Assembly: GCA_016720465.1 (NCBI GenBank) | Contig: JADKKO010000004.1 | Coordinates: 1,569,394 to 1,633,393 of the forward strand | Reading direction: 5' to 3' | DNA from: Holophagaceae bacterium | GTDB lineage: Bacteria; Acidobacteriota; Holophagae; Holophagales; Holophagaceae | Length of the DNA: 64,000 nucleotides | Shown: in pieces, positions 7,580 through 15,425 of the stretch | How the letters are laid out: each line of letters starts with the position of its first letter | How positions within the stretch are numbered: the first letter of the stretch is position 1 | The notes under the pieces: model-generated | Seen by the model: the letters and a program-made list of their open reading frames with translations, nothing else | Database searches by the model: none | Told to the model about the DNA's origin: nothing | Made by a program: the position numbers and the translations under genes

Positions 7580-9838
7580 ATGGCCTACCGTCGCGCTTCG
7601 ATCCTGGTTCTCGTTTCTTCGGGCTTGCTGTCCCAGGCTCCGGATGCCTGGGAAGCGCTGCTTTCGCGCCAGCGGGTCCGGCCGGACCGCCAGGGGGCCT
7701 ACCAGTTCATTTCCCGCGGCCAGGAATTTGAAGGGCCCTGGGCCAATGAACTGCCAGTGGCCAGGCTGAGGGCTTCGGGCGAGCTCAGTTTCCTCCAATT
7801 GGACGAAGGCCAATCCAAGGGGCTGTGGTTGCGGCAGCGCTGGCCGGCTGGGGAAAGCCACTGGGCGGTCCTGGGTCCCGCCTTTGAGATCGTGGCCTCG
7901 GGGACCTCGCAGCCCACGGCCGAATCCCTGCTCCAGGTCCTGCGGGACTCAGGCTGGAAACCCCAGTCGGAGCGGCGGGAGGCTTTCCTTCGGGAACATC
8001 CCGACAACGGGGACGCGTGGCAGGATCTGTTCACGGAAGCCCTGCACGTGGCCGCGGGTCCCGGGGATCAGGAACCCGAGCCTGCCGATAAGGAAGCGGA
8101 GCCCAAGGCTCCGGATGCCGACCAGGACCAGGCCCGGTTTGGCGAGGTGGACCGGGCCCTCCGGGGCCTGCTGGAAGTCGATGGCTGGGAGGAGAATTTC
8201 GAGTTCCGGGTGGGTCTGGATGAAGAAGCCAAGGGCTTTCCCCAGTCCTCCCTGCTGCAGCCGATCCTCACCCGGCTGCGCCGCGGAGTGGAAGATGCCC
8301 TGAAAGCCCGGCCCGGCGATGGGCGGCTCTGGAGCGCCTGGGCCGAGTTGGCGGGCTCCGGCGATTCACCGGAAGCCCTGTTGGCCTCGCTGGAACCCGC
8401 CCCCCGCCAGCCCTGGCCCCCGCTTGTGGCCGCGGAACCGTTGGCGCTGGCCCACCGGCGCAGCAAGGATTGGGTGGGGCTGGCCCGCCTGGCGGAAGCC
8501 GCCATGGCCCAGGCGCTGCAGCCTTCCGTGGTCCAGGCCAGCGGTGGCGGTTCCGGCGCATCCCACAGCGTGCACCGGGCCGCGGCGGCCGGAGCCTGGG
8601 GCCCGCATCGCATAGAAGCGCTGCTCCACCTTGGCCGCCGTCAGGATGCCCTGGCCGTGCTGGAGGAAAGCCGCGCCCTGAGCGGCCGGATGTGGCGCTG
8701 GGCGCAACTGCCTTTCAGCAAGATCAACCTGCTTGGGGGCGACCTGGCGAAGCTTTACCAGGAAAGCGATCAGCGGGCCTTCATGGATGTGATCAAGCAA
8801 CCGCCTCTGAAGGAGCTGCCGATCCCCGCGGCGCCGCCGCCCTTGCGATTGGCCACCCAAGGCAAACCGGAATGGAAAGAGGAGTTCAAAGCCCTCCAGG
8901 GGAATCCCGCCTTCGATGCCTGGAAACCCGGCCGCGATCTCGTGTGGGATCAGTTGAATGAAACCGAAGCCAGGCTGTTCAACGACCGGGGGGAAGGGGG
9001 CGCGGCCAGGTGGGTGCTGCTGCGGGGCCAGGAGCTGCTCTCCAGCGGCGGTGGACTGCCCACGCCTGAAGCCCTGTCCGACTTGTTGCGCGCCCAGGGC
9101 GGATTGCCTTATCTGGCGGAACTGGATGCCTTCATCAAGGCGCATCCCTACCACGCGGAGGCCCGAGAGCTGCGCATTGCCGAGGTGACCGCCCGGCCCC
9201 AGACCCCGGGCCTGGAGAAGCGGTTGTTGGCGGACCTCGCCCGGACCAAGGGACCCGCGCTCCTTCCCAAGGATTGGAAGCTTGACGCGGAACGCTGGGC
9301 CGAAGCCGCGGGGAAATTGCTCCCGCAGCTTGAAGCCGATACCCGGCGATGGCCCGCCACGAGAGGCCCGCTCCATGCCTGGGTCACGTGGGCCGCCCTA
9401 TCGCCCTCCCGTCCGAAACCGGGTTCGTTTTTGCGGACCCTGTCCATCTGGAAAAACAACGTGGAGGAACGGGATCCGTTCCGCACGGGGCCGGTGGATG
9501 TGGACACGACCAGCCTGGTTTCTGAATTCCTGTCCTCGCGCAAGGACTGGGAGGGCCTTGCGGATTGGTGCCAGGCTTTGTGGGACCTGGGGTGGCGCGA
9601 GGCGCTTCCGCGCCATTTGAAACCTCCGCCAGGCATGAAGGAAACCTCGCAGCGGATGATGCGCTGGTTCATGGACGCGCCGTTCCGCCGCATTCTCCAG
9701 CCCTGGGCCGCCGCTCTGCGCAACCTGGGCCGCACAGAAGAATTGCGGCAGCTCGGGCTGGAACTTGATCTGCTTCAGCCGGGCCTGGCCAAGCGGTTGG
9801 AGCAGCCGGCCCAGGAGGCGCGGCCAGGCCGGCGCTAG
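7580..9838 (+). CDS. large secreted hypothetical protein with internal two-fold duplication
   Basis: Met13 of the ORF gives a signal peptide (MAYRRASILVLVSSGLLSQA). Both halves contain W-x-V-L...SG...PT-x-E-x-L...L-R...G and S-[RS]-KDW-x-GLA segments. No family recognised. Confidence 0.7.
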   Translation: MAYRRASILVLVSSGLLSQAPDAWEALLSRQRVRPDRQGAYQFISRGQEFEGPWANELPVARLRASGELSFLQLDEGQSKGLWLRQRWPAGESHWAVLGPAFEIVASGTSQPTAESLLQVLRDSGWKPQSERREAFLREHPDNGDAWQDLFTEALHVAAGPGDQEPEPADKEAEPKAPDADQDQARFGEVDRALRGLLEVDGWEENFEFRVGLDEEAKGFPQSSLLQPILTRLRRGVEDALKARPGDGRLWSAWAELAGSGDSPEALLASLEPAPRQPWPPLVAAEPLALAHRRSKDWVGLARLAEAAMAQALQPSVVQASGGGSGASHSVHRAAAAGAWGPHRIEALLHLGRRQDALAVLEESRALSGRMWRWAQLPFSKINLLGGDLAKLYQESDQRAFMDVIKQPPLKELPIPAAPPPLRLATQGKPEWKEEFKALQGNPAFDAWKPGRDLVWDQLNETEARLFNDRGEGGAARWVLLRGQELLSSGGGLPTPEALSDLLRAQGGLPYLAELDAFIKAHPYHAEARELRIAEVTARPQTPGLEKRLLADLARTKGPALLPKDWKLDAERWAEAAGKLLPQLEADTRRWPATRGPLHAWVTWAALSPSRPKPGSFLRTLSIWKNNVEERDPFRTGPVDVDTTSLVSEFLSSRKDWEGLADWCQALWDLGWREALPRHLKPPPGMKETSQRMMRWFMDAPFRRILQPWAAALRNLGRTEELRQLGLELDLLQPGLAKRLEQPAQEARPGRR

Positions 9839-10410
9839 GTCTGGCCTGCGGCCGACATAGGCTCCGGCTCTGCAAGCGTAGCGAGCAGGGAGGCTCCGCG
9901 TCCAAGAGCACAGCGAGTGGGAGCACGCACTGCGTGCGATACGGGGAGCGGGCACTGCGCGCGATAGCCGGAGGCGCCGTAACGCACCTTCGATTTAGTG
10001 TGGAGCATCATCCATCGCGTCGGCCTGCGGCCGACATAAGGCTCCGGCTCTGCAAGCGTAGCGAGCAGGGAGGCCCGCGCCACGATAGCGAGTGGGAGCA
10101 CCATGCGCCACGGGGAGCGGGCACTGCGCGCGATAGCCGGAGGCGCCGTAACGCACCTTCGATTTAATGTGGAGCATCATCCATCGCGTCGGCCTGGGGC
10201 CGACATAAGGCGCCGGCTCTGCAAGCGTAACGGCAGGAGCCTTCCAAGAGCACAGCTAGTGGAGCACGCATGGTCCATCGCGTCGGCCTGCCGGAGGCCG
10301 TAACGCACCTTCGATTTAGTGTGGAGCATCATCCACCGCGTCGGCCTGCGGCCGACATAAGGCGCCGTAACGCACTGGCCAGAAAAGCGCTGGCCAGTGT
10401 GTAACGGCGC
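9839..10410. repeat. intergenic mosaic tandem repeat array with REP-like palindromes
   Basis: Two near-full units are offset by 169 bp (9934 vs 10103), followed by truncated units. Five copies of GTCGGCC-TG[CG]-GGCCGAC or close variants occur (about 9839, 10019-10035, 10188-10204, about 10283, 10340-10356). The array ends in the hairpin ACTGGCCAG-aaaagcg-CTGGCCAGT (10374-10398). Confidence 0.9.
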
Positions 10411-11058
10411 CTAAACCTTCCCCCAGGGCACTTCGGCTAGGGCGAGGAAGGCGTTGGCGTCGAGGTCGCGATCCTCGGCCCTGGCGAGCAGGTGCTGCAT
10501 CAATTCTGCGGTGGCCTCGGCGTCGGGCAGGGCGCGGTGGGCGCGGCGGTTGTGGATGTTCAACAGGAGGCAGAGCTGGTGCAGCGCCCGGCTTTTGGCC
10601 TCTGGAACGAGCGCCTTGGCCAGCATCCGGGTGCAGACGAGCCGGTGGCGATGCCAAAGCCCCTGAGGCAGCCAGGCTTTCAGGAAGGAACCATCGAAAG
10701 GAGCGTGGTGGGCCACCCAGACACGGCCTTCCAGTTCACTGGCAAGGCGAAGCGCCACCTGTTCCCAAGGCTTGGCTTCGGCGAGCATCGCCGGCGTGAT
10801 GCCCGTGAGCCGCTGGATGAGCGGAGGGTAGTCGCCTTCGATGGCCGAAAGCATTTCGAAACCGCCTTCGATGACGGGCCCGCACATTTTCACGACACCC
10901 ACATCCGTGATTTCCGAGGCCGGATGGAATCGTTCCTTCTTGTCCCAGAAAGCCTTGGGGCTGCCGCCGGTGGTTTCCAGATCGATGATGGCGAAGCGCA
11001 GCGTCCTCAGGGGCTGGGCCTCTTCGGCGAGCAGCGGAATTCCTTCGGATGCGGACAT
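10411..11058 (-). CDS. DEDDh 3'-5' exonuclease (DnaQ/PolIII epsilon-like)
   Basis: Exo I FAIIDLETTG, Exo II VAHHAPFDGSFL, Exo III HRALPDAEATAEL. Confidence 0.85.
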   Translation of the reverse strand: MSASEGIPLLAEEAQPLRTLRFAIIDLETTGGSPKAFWDKKERFHPASEITDVGVVKMCGPVIEGGFEMLSAIEGDYPPLIQRLTGITPAMLAEAKPWEQVALRLASELEGRVWVAHHAPFDGSFLKAWLPQGLWHRHRLVCTRMLAKALVPEAKSRALHQLCLLLNIHNRRAHRALPDAEATAELMQHLLARAEDRDLDANAFLALAEVPWGKV

Positions 11059-11066
11059 AGACGGAG

Positions 11067-11486
11067 TCAGGCGCTGATGAGCGTCTTCAATCCATCCCGG
11101 AAGAGCACATCCACTTTCTTGGCCAGGCGCTTCTGGACCTTCCCCAGCCCGAAACTCGGATGGTCCATCCAGTCGCCCTCATCCCAGCGGGACTGGATGC
11201 TGTAGGGCTTCGCGATGCTGCCCGCCTGTTCCTGGGTCATGAGCTCCTGGAAACGGGAAGGCGAGGCGGAAGGCCTGGGCTTCAGGCTGGTGCCGCCTCG
11301 CGCAATTCGGGGGGCCGCCTCGGCTTTGGTCCGGTCCGGCCTGAATTTATGCACCGATTTGCAATTGGCGCAGATGAGGTTGTCGGGCACACCATTGGTG
11401 AGCGTCAGCACCCGGTGCCGCGTCTCGCCCTTGCAGCGTCCGCAAGGGGCGTCGATGTCCATGCCTGCATAGTAGGTTTTCGTCAT
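11067..11486 (-). CDS. zinc-ribbon protein with C-terminal DUF3553/Tudor-like domain
   Basis: CGRC...CANC four-Cys ribbon at the N-terminus. The C-terminus HPSFGLGKVQKRLAKKVDVLFRDGLKTL resembles the UvrD/PcrA-tail-like DUF3553 motif. It sits 8 nt upstream of the exonuclease gene on the same strand. Confidence 0.65.
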   Translation of the reverse strand: MTKTYYAGMDIDAPCGRCKGETRHRVLTLTNGVPDNLICANCKSVHKFRPDRTKAEAAPRIARGGTSLKPRPSASPSRFQELMTQEQAGSIAKPYSIQSRWDEGDWMDHPSFGLGKVQKRLAKKVDVLFRDGLKTLISA

Positions 11487-11616
11487 GGCTCAAGGGTAAC
11501 GTGGGCGGGCGTCATCCGGGGCCGGAGAGAAAACACGCGCGGAGGGGCGGAGATTCTCAGGGGAAGTCCCCTGCGGACCTTCGATTTTTCAACGCTCCCT
11601 TCGAGCGTATTTCTTC

Positions 11617-12657
11617 CTACCCTAGCAACGAGACGACCTGCTTCAGCCGGGCTTCTTTTTCTTCGGCCTGGCCGCGCAACTTGGCTACGGCCGCCTCGGG
11701 AGCCTTGGTGACGAAGCTTTCATCGGCCAGGCGGGACCGCAGGGGCTCCAGTTCTTTCAAGAGCTTGGCGCGCTCGGTTTCAAGCTTCGTCTTTTCCGCC
11801 ACGGGATCCTTGAGGCCTGCGAGTTCAAGGGCGATGGTGCCTCCGCTCACCACGCCGACGGCGCGGGTCGTGGAGGCCAGATCGCCGCTCATAAATTCGA
11901 TGCTTTCCAATCTGGCGATGGTTTTGAGCGCCTCGCTGAAGGGCCGCAATTCCATGATCGTGCAGGCCGCCGCCACGCGCTTGGCCGGATCCACGCCGTT
12001 CTCCGCCTTCAGGCGCAGGAACGCGCTCAGGATGTCCTGGAAACGCGGTATCAAGGCTGCGTTTCCACCTTGCCTGGAAAGCAGGGGATGATCCTTGGGC
12101 CACGACCGCTCTGCCAGCAGTCTGGATTCGCCGGGAAGCAAGCGATCCGCCAGGACGGCCTCATGGATTTCCTCCGTGACGAAGGGCACCATGGGGTGCA
12201 GCGCCCGGAGCAGGATGTCGAGGAAGTGCAGGATGGCGGCCTTCTGGCCGGCCGTGCCGTTCATCAGATTGACCTTGGCCAGCTCGATGTAGGTGGCGCA
12301 GAAATCATCCCAGACCAGGTGGTAGAGAAGGTCCGCGGCTTCGTGGAAACGGAATTCCTCCAGGGCCGCCGTGACTTTGTGCAGATCCTCGCGCAGGCGT
12401 CCGATCATCCAATATTCTGCCTCGCCCAGCTCCGGTTCCACTTCAAGCGTCACATCATCCGTCAGGTTGATCTGCACGAAGCGGGCGGCGTTCCAGAGCT
12501 TGTTGCAGAAATTGCGGCTCGACTCCAGGCGGTTGCGGGATAGGGCGATGTCCGTGCCCGGCGCCGACATCGAGATGAGCGTGAACCGCAGCGCGTCTGT
12601 GCCGAACTCGTCCATGACCTCGAGCGGATCGATCACATTGCCCTTGGACTTCGACAT
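11617..12657 (-). CDS. valS: valine--tRNA ligase, C-terminal fragment of a frameshifted gene
   Basis: Begins at the KMSKS loop (MSKSKGNVIDP) and ends in the coiled-coil tail. The frame stays open upstream through KVYFNSLVRDASGAK. Confidence 0.9.
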   Translation of the reverse strand: MSKSKGNVIDPLEVMDEFGTDALRFTLISMSAPGTDIALSRNRLESSRNFCNKLWNAARFVQINLTDDVTLEVEPELGEAEYWMIGRLREDLHKVTAALEEFRFHEAADLLYHLVWDDFCATYIELAKVNLMNGTAGQKAAILHFLDILLRALHPMVPFVTEEIHEAVLADRLLPGESRLLAERSWPKDHPLLSRQGGNAALIPRFQDILSAFLRLKAENGVDPAKRVAAACTIMELRPFSEALKTIARLESIEFMSGDLASTTRAVGVVSGGTIALELAGLKDPVAEKTKLETERAKLLKELEPLRSRLADESFVTKAPEAAVAKLRGQAEEKEARLKQVVSLLG

Positions 12658-12685
12658 CTTCGCGCCGGACGCATCGCGAACCAGG

Positions 12686-14233
12686 CTATTGAAGTAGACC
12701 TTTCTTGAAAGGGACTTGGTCAGTCCAAGTGAGGCCGCTCATCACCATGCGCGCCACCCAGAAGAAGATGATGTCGTAGCTGGTGCACATTAGGTCGTTG
12801 GGATAGTAACGCTTGAGATCTTCGGTCTCGTCGGGCCAGCCCAGGATGCTGAAGGGCCAGAGCGCCGAGGAAAACCAGGTGTCCAGCGTGTCGGGATCCT
12901 GCTCCAGGTTCGTGGAACCGCAGTTGGAGCATGAAGCGGGCGCTTCCAGTTCCACGTGCAGATGGCCGCAGGCCGCGCAGGTCCACGCGGGAATTCGATG
13001 CCCCCACACGAGCTGGCGCGAAATGCACCAGTCCGTGATATTGCTGAGCCAGTGTTCCCAGACCGCCACGTGATGTTCGGGCGTGAAGGTGATCTTGCCC
13101 TCGCGGACCACCTGCAGCGCCTGCTGCGCGGCCTCCTTCACGTCCATGAACCACTGTTCGGATACGAGGGGCTCGAGCACGGCGCCGGTGCGGTCGGACA
13201 CCGCCACTTGCGAAATGTGGGTCTGGATTTTGGCCAGGAGGCCCTGGGCCTCCAGTTCCGCCACCACTTTCTTGCGGCACTCAAAACGGTCCAGGCCCGC
13301 GTAGGCGGCGCCTGCGGCCGGGGTCATCTTGGCGTCGAAGCCGATGACTGCGATGGAAGGCAGTTGCAGCCGTAGTCCCGCTGCATGGTCGTTGGGGTCG
13401 TGGGCCGGTGTCAGTTTCACGCACCCGGTGCCGAAATCACGTTCCACGAAGGCGTCGGCGACCACCGGAATCTCTCGGGTAGTGAGGGGCAGTCGCACCA
13501 TCTTTCCGACGATGTGCGTGTACCGCTCGTCATCGGGATGCACCGCCACGGCGGTGTCGCCGAGCATGGTTTCGGGCCGGGTCGTGGCGACGGTCAGGTG
13601 GCCGCTGCCGTCGGCGAAAGGGTAGTTGATGTGCCAGAGATGTCCGTTGCGTTCGACATGCTTCACTTCGAGATCGCTGAGGGCCGTCTGCGAAACCGGA
13701 TCCCACTGGATCATGCGCGGGCCGCGGTAGATGCGGCCCTGGCGGAAGGCTTCCACGAACACCTTGCGCACGGCGCGGTTCAGGTCCGGGTCCATGGTGA
13801 AGCGCTTGCGGGTCCAGTCCAGACTGGCGCCAAGGCGCCGCAGCTGGTTCTCGATATCGGCCTGGTTCTGTTCCTTCCAGGACCAGATGCGCTCCAGGAA
13901 CTTTTCGCGGCCCAGGGCGTGGCGGTCGGTGCCCTCGGCCTTCAATTGGCGTTCCACGATGATCTGCGTGGCGATGCCCGCGTGGTCCACGCCGGGAATC
14001 CAGGCCACATCGAAGCCTTGGGCCCGCTTGAGGCGCGCCATGACGTCCGGCAGCGAGTAGGCCAGCGCGTGGCCCATGTGCAGGTTGCCGGTGATGTTGG
14101 GCGGCGGCAGGGACATGGAGAAGGGCGTCCTGCCGCTGGCGGGCTTGGCCTCGAAGGTCCTCGCGGCCTCCCAGGTCGCGTACCAGCGCTCCTGCGCTGT
14201 CTTGAAATCGAAGGCCTTGTCCATTTCACGCAT
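12686..14233 (-). CDS. valS: valine--tRNA ligase, N-terminal fragment of a frameshifted gene
   Basis: Class I HIGH motif (PPPNITGNLHMGHAL) and the ValRS editing/CP1 region. Ends ...DQVPFKKGLLQ*, whereas the other frame continues KVYFNSLVRD...KMSKS. Confidence 0.9.
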   Translation of the reverse strand: MREMDKAFDFKTAQERWYATWEAARTFEAKPASGRTPFSMSLPPPNITGNLHMGHALAYSLPDVMARLKRAQGFDVAWIPGVDHAGIATQIIVERQLKAEGTDRHALGREKFLERIWSWKEQNQADIENQLRRLGASLDWTRKRFTMDPDLNRAVRKVFVEAFRQGRIYRGPRMIQWDPVSQTALSDLEVKHVERNGHLWHINYPFADGSGHLTVATTRPETMLGDTAVAVHPDDERYTHIVGKMVRLPLTTREIPVVADAFVERDFGTGCVKLTPAHDPNDHAAGLRLQLPSIAVIGFDAKMTPAAGAAYAGLDRFECRKKVVAELEAQGLLAKIQTHISQVAVSDRTGAVLEPLVSEQWFMDVKEAAQQALQVVREGKITFTPEHHVAVWEHWLSNITDWCISRQLVWGHRIPAWTCAACGHLHVELEAPASCSNCGSTNLEQDPDTLDTWFSSALWPFSILGWPDETEDLKRYYPNDLMCTSYDIIFFWVARMVMSGLTWTDQVPFKKGLLQ

Positions 14234-14266
14234 CGAGTGTTCCTAACAATAAAAAAATGCGACTAC

Positions 14267-14332
14267 GCGGAGGGAAGCGGAGGAGGGGAGGGCAGCGGAG
14301 GAACAAAAGTGTTTTTCTCAGCTTCCCTCCGC
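14267..14332 (-). terminator. possible bioB terminator / structured G-rich spacer
   Basis: Perfect 12-bp inverted repeat GCGGAGGGAAGC (14267-14278) / GCTTCCCTCCGC (14321-14332), 30 nt downstream of the bioB stop. On the minus strand a T7 run (14251-14257) follows 9 nt after the stem. The loop is long (42 nt) with extra GCGGAGG copies. Confidence 0.35.
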
Positions 14333-14361
14333 TGCTCAGCTACCCTCCGTGTGGTGTTTTT

Positions 14362-15303
14362 TCAAACCGCCGCGCCTTCGATCCGCATACCAAGAGCTTC
14401 CAGCAGACGGTGGTCGTGGGATTCGCCGGGATTGGGCGTGGTGAGCAGCTTGTCGCCGGTGAAAAGGCTGTTGGCGCCCGCGAAAAACGCCAGGGCCTGC
14501 ATCTCGTCGCTCATGGCCGTGCGCCCGGCGCTGAGGCGGATGCGGCTCTTGGGAAACAGGATCCGCGCTGTGGCGATCATGCGGATGAATTCCAGGGGCG
14601 GCACCGGCGGGAGATCCGCCAGGGGCGTGCCTGCCACGGGCACGAGATGGTTGATGGGGATGCTCTCTGGGACGGGATCCATCTCGGTGAGCTCGTGCAG
14701 GAAATGAATGCGATGGTCCACGGTCTCGCCCATGCCGACAATGCCACCGCAGCAGACTTCAAGTCCGGCTTCGCGCACAGCGGCGATGGTCGCCAGCCGC
14801 TCATCGAACTTCCGAGTCGAGATGATGGTTTCGTAGAAATCCTTGGAACTGTCGATGTTGTGGTTGTAGACCTTGCAGCCGGCCTCTTTGAGCCGCTTGG
14901 CCTGGGGCGCGTTGAGCATGCCGAGGGTCACGCAGACTTCCATGCCCATGCCGGATACCCCGCGGACCATCTCCAGCACAGCGTCGAAATTGCGGTCGTC
15001 CTTCACTTCGCGCCAGGCCGCGCCCATGCAGTAGCGGGTGGAGCCATTGGCCTTGGCCAACGCAGCTCCATCCAAAACTGACTTCACATCCTTCAGGGGT
15101 TCGACCTTCAGGCCTGTGTTGTACCGGGCGCTCTGGGGGCAGTAGGCGCAATCTTCAGGACATGCCCCGGTCTTGATGGAGTCCAAGGTGCAGAACTGGA
15201 TGTCATTGGGATCCCAATTCTGGCGGTGCGCCGTCGCTGCCCGGTACAGGAGCTCGGGGAAGGGCAGATCGTGGATGGCTCGGATCTCTTGGATGGTTTT
15301 CAT
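14362..15303 (-). CDS. bioB: biotin synthase
   Basis: Radical-SAM CPEDCAYC motif with typical BioB flanks (FCTLDSIKTGACPEDCAYCPQS, YCMGAAWR, YNHNIDS). Confidence 0.95.
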   Translation of the reverse strand: MKTIQEIRAIHDLPFPELLYRAATAHRQNWDPNDIQFCTLDSIKTGACPEDCAYCPQSARYNTGLKVEPLKDVKSVLDGAALAKANGSTRYCMGAAWREVKDDRNFDAVLEMVRGVSGMGMEVCVTLGMLNAPQAKRLKEAGCKVYNHNIDSSKDFYETIISTRKFDERLATIAAVREAGLEVCCGGIVGMGETVDHRIHFLHELTEMDPVPESIPINHLVPVAGTPLADLPPVPPLEFIRMIATARILFPKSRIRLSAGRTAMSDEMQALAFFAGANSLFTGDKLLTTPNPGESHDHRLLEALGMRIEGAAV

Positions 15304-15425
15304 CGGGCACCAGGCGAATCCATAAACTTACCATGTCAGGCGGGGTTTTCTGCCTCGGAAAACCGCGCCATACATGATAGTTTGGGGATTCTCCATATCC
15401 TGCTGACGCCCCAATCGGAGGTCCC

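Noticed and set aside
9835-10303. Four ORFs of 61-89 aa inside the intergenic repeat array, two giving near-identical peptides (MRYGERALRAIAGGAVTHLRF..., MRHGERALRAIAGGAVTHLRF...).
   Set aside because: Their similarity only reflects the 169-bp DNA repeat. ORFs occur on both strands, lack RBS, and have Arg-rich non-protein-like composition.
9839-10410. Possible CRISPR array.
   Set aside because: The period is about 150-170 bp and the spacers are themselves repeated modules. There is no 25-40-bp repeat alternating with unique spacers, and no cas genes are in the window.
12686-12703. Programmed ribosomal frameshift in valS.
   Set aside because: No known slippery heptamer, in-frame stop-stimulated +1 site or downstream stimulatory structure was seen. 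An indel at a short homopolymer (AAA/GG) is the simpler explanation. It is kept as a finding only because it needs read-level verification.
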